Under the pieces are notes generated by a model, which saw only the letters and a program-made list of their open reading frames with translations, was not told where the DNA came from and made no database searches. Both the position numbers and the translations under genes were made by a program. This document shows, in pieces, positions 23,290 through 34,400 of a DNA stretch of 64,000 nt (position 1 is the first letter of the stretch; every line of letters starts with the position of its first letter). Source of the DNA: Caecitellus pseudoparvulus (taxonomy: Eukaryota > Protista > Bigyra: Bicosoecida); contig CBFFRQ010000074.1 of NCBI GenBank assembly GCA_965644315.1, positions 1 to 64,000 on the forward strand, given 5' to 3'.

Positions 23290-26245
23290 TCACCGCTCCG
23301 CCGCCTCCTCTCGGCTCGTGGCGCGTAGAGCCGCATAGGCGGACTCGTGCCCACCCACATACGCCACCTCCGCCAACCCATCCATGTCCCCCCGTGTGAA
23401 CACCCCGTGCATGCTGCCGTCCCCGCCCCCCTTGCGCAGGGCAGTGGCCACTTTCAGCAGCGCAGTGCGCCCCGCAGCTGCTCGCTGCGCCTCAGCTGAC
23501 GCCCGCAACAGCAGTGGTGGGCGTGCTGCCTGTGCCTTGCGCACCCGCTCAGCGTTGGACCTCGCACGGCGCTTGGCGTCTGCGCGCCACGCCGCTCGCC
23601 TCGCCTGCGCCTCGGGAGTGGCTTCGTCCAACTGCCAAGCCAGGCGCCGTGTCCCCAGCCGACTCTCCTCAAGCTGCCGCACAAGGGGTGTCACCTCAGC
23701 GGACGCCTGGGCGGCAGCCAGCGCCCTCGTCTCCGCCTCAGCTGCCAGCTGCTGCTCTGTGATTTGCTCCTCGCGCAGCTTGGCCTGTGTCGCTGCCATG
23801 CGCAGGGCCACAGACCGGGTCATGGCGGGGGGCGGGGTGGCGCTGGCAGCCACAGGCCTGCGACTCTCACCCCGGGAGCCCCCTGCGCCCACAGACGTGC
23901 CGGGCAGTGACGAGGAGCTGGCACTGCCTGTGAGCTTCAAGGAGTACTCCCCGTGCCACTCCTCCCACTGCGCCTCGCGCTTGGCGGCCCGGGCGGTGCG
24001 TTTCGCCTCCTCCTCCTCCTGCCGCTGCCGCCGCTCGAAGGAGAAGGGCGCGGGCTCCGTCAGCGGCTTGCTGCGACGGGCAGCGGACAGCGTCGAGTCG
24101 AACTTGCTCTGCAGCCGCTTGAAGTCGGGCACCTTGTTGTGGTACTTGAACCCTCGGCGGCTGCGACCTGCCACGTCCCCGCTCAGCTGCTCAGGCGCGC
24201 GACCCCGCGCCCTCGCCCGCGCAGCCCGCTCCAGATCTCGCTTGGCTGCCGCCTCAGCCCACATGGCCATGCGAGGGGGCAGGGAGGCGGCAGAGGCCAG
24301 CTCAGCCGCCCGTCGGGCCGCTGCTTCCTTCCGCTGCGCCGCCTCCTCCTCCATACCCGCCTTGATGATGGCCTGCCCGCCGCCCTGCACCGTGGCGGGG
24401 ATGGGGTTCGCGCGGAACCGGGCGCGTTCCCGCAGCTGCCGCTCGCGCTCCAGCCGAGCTTCCGACAGCCGAGCCTCCTTCGTCGCGTGCGCGGCCGCCT
24501 CGTGCGTTTCAAGACCCTCAAACGGCGCCATGCTGCGCTGCAGCTCGCTGCGCCGCGCCTCGTGGTTCAGCCGCCGGCGCGTGTCTTGCTGCCGCATGAT
24601 CTGCTGGAACAGCGGCAGCTGGGTGGAGGCGGGGATTGGCTTGGCTTTAAAGCGGTACTTCCGAGCAGCCTCCTCAGCCTCGGCCGCTGCCGCCGCCTCC
24701 GCTGCTGCCCGTCGAGCGGCGATGGTGCTGCCCCCAGCGCGCGCCTTGGCCGCCAGTGCATCTCGGCGTTCGCGACGTGCTTCCTCTGCCGCGCTCAGCA
24801 GTCGTCGCACGGCTGGGGTGTCTGCCTTGCGCTCAGCGGCGCCGCCCCCCCCCTGTGGCGCGCTGTCGCTGGCCGTGTGCGAGAGGCCCCCCCTCCCCGC
24901 ACGCACACCCGTCGGCACATAGCTCAGGCGCTGTTCCTCTGCGGGCTGGTCAGCTGACCCCGACGCCGCCACAGCGCGCACCGCCTCTGCCCACGCCACA
25001 TCCCCCTGCCAACTGCTCACCGTGTCCGCCGCCGCCGCCTCTGCCTCCCCGTCGGCCGCCAGGGCCTCAGAGCCAAGTGGGCCTGGGGCAGGGGCGGACG
25101 AGCTGGCGTCGTGCGACGCCGCAGCGGCGGCAGCTGCGACACGCCCCCCTCGCCCACGGCGCCTGCGCTGCGCCGCCACTGCCTCCAGCGCCGCCACACG
25201 CGCCTCACTCTCCAGGCGCTCTTTGAACAGGCCCTCCAACTCAGCCACATTGGAGGCGTGTTCCGCCTTCAGCCGCGACACGGTGCTGTGGAAGCCCCGG
25301 GCCTGGGCTGAGTTGGGCGGCACCGTCGCTGCCGCCGATTCCGCAGCAGTACGGGCCCCCTCCTGAGCCAACTCCGCTTTGAAGGCGGCCACTTGGCGCT
25401 CCAGCAGCGCTGGGACGGCAGAGGCGGGTCGCCTGCGCTGCGAGCTGCGACTGCGAGGGGCGCTGCCTGGGCGGCGCGAGGGGCGCTGGCGACTGCGAGG
25501 GGCGCTGGCAGGTCGCTTGGAGCGAGGGCCGGCGGTGGCAGGTCGCTTCCGCCGACGGGCAGCGGCGCCTGGTGACGTCACTGCCAGGTTCCGCGCACTC
25601 TTCGGCGTCCCACTGCGCATGGTGGCGCTGGTGGCGCTGGCGTGTGCGAGGTTGGCGGCGGCCAGGCCGGGCCGTCGACCCTGTGTGCCTTGCAGCACCC
25701 GTGCCCGGGCCTGGGAGCGCACTGCAGCTGCCAGACGCATGGTGTGTGTCATGGAGCCCCCTCCTTGTGCCGCGAGGGCGGCGGTTTTGGGGCGGGACAG
25801 GGACCGGCGCACTGCCGTGGAGGTGGGTGTCTCAGCGCCCCAAGCCTGTGGCGAGTTGCGACGGGGTGGTGTGGGGGAGGCAGGCGGGTGAGCGAGCTGG
25901 AACCAGCACACACCTTGCGTCCTTCAACAAAGAGGTCGGGGTGGTCGATCATCTCCTCGAACATGCGTGCCTCTTCCTCCTGCGCAGAGGGAGACAGGGG
26001 CGTTTCACCTCGTCGCGCGCGGCACAGAGGACGGGCCCGCTGCAGGCCCCCTCCACGAACCTGCACTTTCTGCTCCGTTTCATCCAGCACGTGCAAGTTG
26101 TATGGGATGCGCTCCTCACTCGCTTTCGACTCGGGGGGCGCCCGGACCCTGCGACGAGACGCCGTGGCGCGTGCGGAAATTGCTTGCGCGCCCACATGCA
26201 CCCTTGCCCTTACATGCGCTGCAGCGCCGGCGAAGACAGCGACAT
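23290..26245 (-). CDS. FAM161: FAM161 (UPF0564) family microtubule/centriole-cilium protein; three short 5' introns
   Basis: FKAKPIP, RFRANPIP, VPDFKRLQSKF..KPLTEPAPF. Upstream exons MSLSSPALQRM|VRAPP..KVQ|EEEARM..GRK|AWGAET can be joined by GT-AG introns. Confidence 0.75.
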
Positions 26246-26728
26246 GTCCGATAGGGATTTGTGTCGTCACAAATTAAAACCCTGGTCGCTTGCTCAGTCG
26301 CCTGCTCAGGGCTGGATGCTCGGCTGATCGCGGAGGCAGCACAAGATGCCGCGCCTCGCCGTCCACACTCGTTGCAGCGTGTCAATGGGTGCCCAAGCAG
26401 CAAGGCTGAGAGCTTTTGGGCGTCAATGGGACTGGTTCGCAGTTAGAGATGGATGCGCCTCGATGTTTGCAGAATTCTGCCACAAACCGACAACTGGAGC
26501 GATAATTCGGCATCTCGGCGTCCCGTCAGGGGGGAAAGTTAGGGCCGCTTAGTCTATTGATCGCTCCATCTCGCCTGCCCATCTCGTCCCCTCGTGGCTT
26601 GTCATCAACACTACCATTCTCAAGAAAGGTCCGTTCCCATGACCGGCGCTGGGTACTTGCGCCACACGGCACTGCCGGGCGTGCAGTTTGTGTGATGTCA
26701 GTGCATTGCCCTGCCGCTGCCTGGCCCC

Positions 26729-28287
26729 TCAAGCTGAGCGCTCGAGCTGCTTCTCGACCACTTCAAAGTGCTCCGCCAGCAGGTTGTCCAGCTCGGCCCG
26801 CGACATGCGCGACTTGACATCGGGCACGCCACACACTGACATGAGCTTGTACAGCGAGCGCCGGTTCACGCCTGCCTCCTGCATCAGCCCCTGCTCTCGG
26901 GCCAGGTCCAACGCATCAGCCACACGTTCGGGGGAGACTCTCTTGGCAGGCGCAGCATCCTCAGCGTCCACCTGCTCAGCAGCAGGCTTGGCAGCAGCAG
27001 GCTTGGCAGCAGGTGGTTTGGCGGCTGGGGTGGGGGGAGCGGCGGTCTTGGCACCACCTGCCGGGGCGCCAGCCCCAGCTGCCGCCAAGCCTGCCAGCCC
27101 AGTGGTCTTGGGGGACACAGGCTCCACGGTGGGTGCCTTGGCGCTAGCCTTGGCTTGCACAGTGTAGGTGCCAGCACCCTCCTGCCGCAAGGCAAAGTAC
27201 TCGGGGAAGAGCTCCACGAGCTGGCGGGCGCCACACTTGCGCGCGCTCATGAAGGGGCGCAGGCCCGCCGCGGTGAGGTGGGAGTGCAGTTCGGAAGACG
27301 GCACCTTGCCGCCGGCGCACAGCAGCTGCTGGTGCAGGCGCCACACGGCCGCCTGTAGCAGAGGCCCCTTCTCCTTCAGCAGCGCCAGCGGCTGCAGCAG
27401 CTCGGGGAAGACGTCATCGAGGTGGATGGGCAGGATGTGGCTGCGGGCAGCGGGCGGCAGTACCGCGTGCAAGCGCGAGACATCCTGCGCAGTGGCCGCC
27501 ACGAAGACGTCCCGCCCCGCCTGGGCCAGTCGGGCCACAGCTGGCGCGTAGGAAGCGCTGCCCGAGACGAGGATGAGTGCTGGGGCAGGGTCGGCCTTGC
27601 TTGTGCCGGCCAAGGCAAGCTCCGGCTGGAAGGCGGTGTGGAAGAGGTCGGAGGTGAGGGCGATGGCGGGGGCCAGGACGGGGCCATCCGTGTCAACCTT
27701 GAAGTCGCGCATGAGCACGCCTGCCTCCTGCAGGGCAGTGCTGACATTCCGATGGACAGGCACCTTCGTGCCTCCTGGCGCAGATGAGCTGTACCCAGCA
27801 TGTTGAATGCTCTGAATTTGCGGTCTGCGCGCAGGCGACTCATCGTGTGCAAGCGTGTACTTCGGGGCTCGCAGGGCCACGCGAGCCACGCACTCAGCTG
27901 ACATGTACGCTTCATTCACACGCTTCAGGATGAACCTGCTCAGTGCCGACGCGTCGATGGCCACTTCCTCCTCTGCCTTGAACGCCTGCGTGGAACTTGA
28001 AACGCGCGTGAAACGCAGGAAGACGGCGGGCAGCTCAAGCACGCTCACCTGTGGCGCATACCACTGCATGAGCCGGCTCTCCAACCAACTGGCATCAATG
28101 AACGACACAGCACTTGCTGGCGTGGCAACTGTGGCACCGGGGAGGGGCAGGCGGCGGCAGTGCGCTCATGGCCACTTTCATCCGGTGATGCTGAGGAACG
28201 CTCACCTGGCTTGGGCTTGGCGTTCGCAAAGCAGCGAACCAAGGAGGGAAGGCCAACCCGAACTCGAGCAGCATGGGCCATGGCCAT
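26729..28287 (-). CDS. Degenerate NYN-domain + OST-HTH/LOTUS-like + C-terminal Rho-N/HeH-like protein, presequence-like N-terminus (2 introns)
   Basis: VSFIDASWL and ILVSGSASYAPAVARLAQAGRDVFVAA..PIHLDD follow the NYN layout. GGKVPSSEL..GARQLVELFPEYF is LOTUS-like, and RRSLYKL..GVPDVKSRMSRAELDNLL is Rho-N-like. Leader MAMAHAARVRVGLPSLVRCFA. Confidence 0.62.
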
Positions 28288-28496
28288 CGTGTGAGCGTCG
28301 GCGTAGGCGGAGGCGCTTCTTCTGCTCTCTCGCTGCCTTCTTGCGCAGGTGGTGAGAAGACAGCTGCAGCCAGGAAGTGGCAAGGCAAGCACTTGACCAA
28401 AAAAAGCGAGACACAGGGCGACGCAAGTCAGAGAGATTTAGCCTTGGGCCTCCCAATGCCACTGTTGCTTCGCGAAGCTCCTGGTGACTGTGCGCC

Positions 28497-31400
28497 ATGG
28501 CAGGGGCCTCCTTGTTGGCAGAGGGCGGGGCTCAGCCGACCAGCCCAGCGTCGGCTGTGCTGCTGCCAGCCGCCAAGGCGATGCAACGAGTGCTCCTTGC
28601 AGCGCAGCTGCCCACTGTTGCCTTCCCCGCCCAAGAGGACTTCCCTGTCAACGCATCCAGCCTGTCTGACATGCTGCTGTTCTTGGCAAATCTCCTGAGG
28701 GGTGTCGCCGACATTGGTCCCGGGGAGCAGGGCCAATTTCCGCACCCAACGGCAGCAGAGCGGCTGCTGAAGCGGTGCATCAAGGGCTTCCCACAGGCTA
28801 AACTGCTGCAGATGGAGATATCGCGACATCTACTTGCCAATGGCATCCAGATGTACATGCATGACTCCCGTGTGGGGGCAAGCAGCCCCGGCCGAGCACG
28901 CCACAAAGCAGCAGCGCGACAAGCCGTCCACCTGCTCGAGTGGCCGCCGCTCAAGCATGCAGGGGCACAGGCTACACCAGCTGCCGAAGCTAATCTGAAG
29001 GCACTGGTGCACAGCGTATTCAGCCACCTCCAGCCTCGCTCCCCAGGGGCCGCCTCGCCCCCGCAGCTGACGCTACTGCCTAGCCAGTGGGAAACAGAGC
29101 TCATTCCGGCCTTGTCCGCGACGGCGGGGAGTGGCCCAAGCCCCCAACGCAGCCCAGAAGCCGTGAGTCCACCTGCCATTCCCCGAAGGGCTGTGGCGTC
29201 AGGCGGTGCCGACCAGCAGCAAGCTGCTGCGCCGGCCAAGCGCCTTGCTGCGCTTGAACCGTCAGGCCAAGCCAGCATTTCCCATGCCGCGTTCGAAGAG
29301 GCAGTCGCAGATGCAGTTCAACGCACAGAAACTGCGGCATGGAAAGCACACGAAGATCGCGTTGAGCGCCTGCAAGCCTCGCATGCTGCAGAGCTTGCAG
29401 CCGTGCGGCAGCAGCTCACGCAGCAGCACCGCAGCGCCCTCGAAAGCCACACCCAACGCGCAGTGCAAGAGGCTAAAGCAGAGTGGCAGGACTCAATCAC
29501 TGCCGCCCAAGACCAAGTTCACACCCTTCAGGACCTGCTCCGAAAACGGGAGCAACAGCGTGCGGCAGCGGAAGCTGCGCACCGTGCAGCCTCTGACACT
29601 GACCAAGCCATCATCAAGCGCCTGCAAAGCGACCTGGTGGAAGCCACACAGGACCTGAAACTGGCAAGTGGTGAAGCTCAAGCCCAGGCCAAACTTGTCG
29701 CACCCCTGCGCAGCCGCTGCGAAACCCTTGAGGCAGCACTGACTAGGGCTCAAAACAAGCTGACAGCCCAGCAAGAAGCCGAGCGTAGTTTGACCGACCG
29801 ACTCCGAGAGCAAGAGCACTCCACAGACTCCGCAAACGCTCGCTGCCGCCGGACAGAGGCTGAGGTATCCAGACTTCGGCGTGCAGTTGCAGTAACCCAA
29901 GCGGCTTTGGAGCGCAAGTCGCAAAGCCTGCTGGCGGCGCAAGAGTTTGCTGCAACGCAGAAAAAGGCGGCCGCCTTGAAGGCTGAGCTCTTGGACAGTG
30001 CCCAAGCGAAGTTGACCTCAGCCTCCCAGAGCGCCGCAGCCGCGCAGGCTGAAGTCGACCAGCTTCGCCAAGAGCTGGAGGACGTCAAGAAACGTGCTGC
30101 CAGCGCTACGGCTGCCGCAGAGCGCATGCAGTCCTCGCACCAGCAACAAGTCGAAGACTTGGAGCAGTCTTGGCAGCAAGCGTTGGCGACTACAAGGGCA
30201 GAACTCGATCAGGCCGTGAAAGGGGAAGCTGCTGCAAAGGACAGACTTCAAGACTTGCGACTTTCTTTCTCGGCAGTGTCGCAGCACCGGGACGAATTGA
30301 CGGAGGAACTGGCTGAGTGCAAGAAAGCAACTGAAACTCTTGAACACCGCTTGCAGCGAGCAGCACAAGCAGAAGACCGCTGCTCCAAACTAAAGCAACA
30401 GCTTGACCAAGAGAAGCAGGCTGCCACGCAAACCAAGCAATCCCTCGCTGAGGCGTACTTGCAACAGCAGCAGCTGGAATTGCTCGCCCAAAGCCACAAG
30501 CAAGAATCCCAAAAACTTGTCGCAGAGGCTGACAAAGCAAGGACAGAGAAAATGCGGCTCGCAGCTGAGCTTGAGCGCGTGCAAGAACACCTCCAACAAG
30601 AGCTAGCCCACCGCAAACAGTCTGAGCAGGCTGTGCTTGACCTTCGACAGTCGCTCGCAAAAGCGCATACCGCCTTGAAAACTACCGAACTAGAATTGAA
30701 GCGTCTGCGGGGTGTGGTGTCTGAGGCTGAGGCGGGTCGGGCAGAGTCCGAGGCGGAGGTGGAGCGTCTGCGGGGCGTGGTGTCTGAGGCTGAGGCAGGT
30801 CGGGCGGAGTCCGAGGCGGAGGTGGAGCGTCTGCGGGGCGTGGTGTCTGAGGCTGAGGGGCGTCTGGCTGCAGCTGCTGAGTCTGAGGCGGAGGTGGAGC
30901 GTCTGCGGGGTGTGGTGTCTGAGGCTGAGGGGCGTCTGGCTGCAGCTGCTGAGTCTGAGGCGGAGGTGGAGCGTCTGCGGGGCGTGATGTCTGAGGCTGA
31001 GGGGCGTCTGGCTGCAGCTGCTGAGTCTGAGGCGGAGGTGGAACGTCTGCGGGGTGTGGTGTCTGAGGCTGAGGCAGGTCGGGCAGAGTCTGAGGCGGAG
31101 GTGGAGCGTCTGCGGGGTGTGGTGTCTGAGGCTGAGGCAGGTCGGGCGGAGTCTGAGGCGGAGGTGGAGCGTCTGCGGGGTGTGGTGTCTGAGGCTGAGG
31201 GGCGTCTGGCTGCAGCTGCTGAGTCTGAGGCGGAGGTGGAGCGTCTGCGGGGCGTGGTGTCTGAGGCTGAGGCGGGTCGGGCGGAGTCTGAGGCGGAGGT
31301 GGAGCGTCTGCGGGGCGTGGTGTCTGAGGCTGAGGGGGGTCGGGCGGAGTCTGAGGCGGAGGTGGAGCGCCTGCGGGGTGTGGTGTCTGAGGCTGAGGCG

Positions 31401-34400
31401 GGTCGGGCGGAGTCTGAGGCGGAGGTGGAGCGTCTGCGGGGTGTGGTGTCTGAGGCTGAGGGGCGTCTGGCTGCAGCTGCTGAGTCTGAGGCGGAGGTGG
31501 AGCGTCTGCGGGGTGTGGTGTCTGAGGCTGAGGGGCGTCTGGCTGCAGCTGCTGAGTCTGAGGCGGAGGTGGAGCGTCTGCGGGGTGTGGTGTCTGAGGC
31601 TGAGGCGGGTCGGGCGGAGTCTGAGGCGGAGGTGGAGCGTCTGCGGGGCGTGGTGTCTGAGGCTGAGGCGGGTCGGGCGGAGTCCGAGGCGGAGGTGGAG
31701 CGTCTGCGGGGTGTGGTGTCTGAGGCTGAGGGGCGTCTGGCTGCAGCTGCTGAGTCTGAGGCGGAGGTGGAGCGTCTGCGGGGTGTGGTGTCTGAGGCTG
31801 AGGGGCGTCTGGCTGCAGCTGCTGAGTCTGAGGCGGAGGTGGAGCGTCTGCGGGGTGTGGTGTCTGAGGCTGAGGGGCGTCGGGCGGAGTCTGAGGCGGA
31901 GGTGGAGCGCCTGCGGGGTGTGGTGTCTGAGGCTGAGGGGCGTCTGGCTGCAGCTGCTGAGTCTGAGGCGGAGGTGGAGCGTCTGCGGGGCGTGGTGTCT
32001 GAGGCTGAGGGGCGTCTGGCTGCAGCTGCTGAGTCTGAGGCGGAGGTGGAGCGTCTGCGGGATGTGGTGTCTGAGGCTGAGGGGCGTCTGGCTGCAGCTG
32101 CTGAGTCCGAGGCGGAGGTGGAGCGTCTGCGGGGTGTGGTGTCTGAGGCTGAGGCGGGTCGGGCGGAGTCTGAGGCGGAGGTGGAGCGTCTGCGGGGTGT
32201 GGTGTCTGAGGCTGAGGCAGGTCGGGCAGAGTCTGAGGCGGAGGTGGAGCGTCTGCGGGGTGTGGTGTCTGAGGCTGAGGGGCGTCGGGTGGAGTCTGAG
32301 GCGGAGGTGGAGCGTCTGCGGGGTGTGGTGTCTGAGGCTGAGGCAGGTCGGGCGGAGTCCGAGGCGGAGGTGGAGCGTCTGCGGGGTGTGGTGTCTGAGG
32401 CTGAGGGGCGTCTGGCTGCAGCTGCTGAGTCTGAGGCGGAGGTGGAGCGTCTGCGGGGTGTGATGTCTGAGGCTGAGGCAGGTCGGGCGGAGTCCGAGGC
32501 GGAGGTGGAGCGTCTGCGGGGCGTGGTGTCCGAGGCTGAGGCAGGTCGGGCGGAGTCTGAGGCGGAGGTGGAGCGTCTGCGGGGTGTGGTGTCTGAGGCT
32601 GAGGGGCGTCTGGCTGCAGCTGCTGAGTCTGAGGCGGAGGTGGAGCGTCTGCGGGGTGTGGTGTCTGAGGCTGAGGGGCGTCTGGCTGCAGCTGCTGAGT
32701 CTGAGGCGGAGGTGGAGCATCTGCGGGGTGTGGTGTCTGAGGCTGAGGGGCGTCGGGCGGAGTCTGAGGCGGAGGTGGAGCGTCTGCGGGGTGTGGTTTC
32801 TGAGGCTGAGGCGGGTCGGGCGGAGTCTGAGGCGGAGGTGGAGCGTCTGCGGGGTGTGGTGTCTGAGGCTGAGGCGGGTCGGGCAGAGTCCGAGGCGGAG
32901 GTGGAGCGTCTGCGGGGCGTGGTGTCTGAGGCTGAGGCGGGTCGGGCGGAGTCTGAGGCGGAGGTGGAGCGTCTGCGGGGTGTGGTGTCTGAGGCTGAGG
33001 CGGGTCGGGCGGAGTCTGAGGCGGAGGTGGAGCGTCTGCGGGGTGTGGTGTCTGAGGCTGAGGCGGGTCGGGCAGAGTCCGAGGCGGAGGTGGAGCGTCT
33101 GCGGGGTGTGGTGTCTGAGGCTGAGGGGCGTCTGGCTGCAGCTGCTGAGTCTGAGGCGGAGGTGGAGCGTCTGCGGGGTGTGGTGTCTGAGGCTGAGGGG
33201 CGTCTGGCTGCAGCTGCTGAGTCTGAGGCGGAGGTGGAGCGTCTGCGGGGTGTGGTGTCTGAGGCTGAGGGGGGTCGGGCGGAGTCTGAGGCGGAGGTGG
33301 AGCGTCTGCGGGGTGTGGTGTCTGAGGCTGAGGCAGGTCGGGCAGAGTCTGAGGCGGAGGTGGAGCGTCTGCGGGGTGTGGTGTCTGAGGCTGAGGCAGG
33401 TCGGGCAGAGTCTGAGGCGGAGGTGGAGCGTCTGCGGGGTGTGGTGTCTGAGGCTGAGGCAGGTCGGGCGGAGTCTGAGGCGGAGGTGGAGCGTCTGCGG
33501 GGTGTGGTGTCTGAGGCTGAGGCAGGTCGGGCAGAGTCTGAGGCGGAGGTGGAGCGTCTGCGGGGCGTGGTGTCTGAGGCTGAGGCGGGTCGGGCGGAGT
33601 CTGAGGCGGAGGTGGAGCGTCTGCGGGGTGTGGTGTCTGAGGCTGAGGCGGGTCGGGCGGAGTCTGAGGCGGAGGTGGAGCGTCTGCGGGGTGTGGTGTC
33701 TGAGGCTGAGGCGGGTCGGGCAGAGTCTGAGGCGGAGGTGGAGCGTCTGCGGGGTGTGGTGTCTGAGGCTGAGGCGGGTCGGGCGGAGTCTGAGGCGGAG
33801 GTGGAGCGTCTGCGGGGTGTGGTGTCTGAGGCTGAGGGGCGTCTGGCTGCAGCTGCTGAGTCTGAGGCGGAGGTGGAGCGTCTGCGGGGTGTGGAGTCTG
33901 AGGCTGAGGCGGGTCGGGCGGAGTCTGAGGCGGAGGTGGAGCGCCTGCGGGGTGTGGTTTCTGAGGCTGAGGCAGGTCGGGCGGAGTCTGAGGCGGAGGT
34001 GGAGCGTCTGCGGGGTGTGGTGTCTGAGGCTGAGGCAGGTCGGGCAGAGTCTGAGGCGGAGGTGGAGCGTCTGCGGGGCGTGGTGTCTGAGGCTGAGGCG
34101 GGTCGGGCGGAGTCTGAGGCGGAGGTGGAGCGTCTGCGGGGTGTGGTGTCTGAGGCTGAGGCGGGTCGGGCAGAGTCTGAGGCGGAGGTGGAGCGTCTGC
34201 GGGGTGTGGTGTCTGAGGCTGAGGCGGGTCGGGCGGAGTCTGAGGCGGAGGTGGAGCGTCTGCGGGGTGTGGTGTCTGAGGCTGAGGGGCGTCTGGCTGC
34301 AGCTGCTGAGTCTGAGGCGGAGGTGGAGCGTCTGCGGGGTGTGGTTTCTGAGGCTGAGGCAGGTCGGGCGGAGTCTGAGGCGGAGGTGGAGCGTCTGCGG

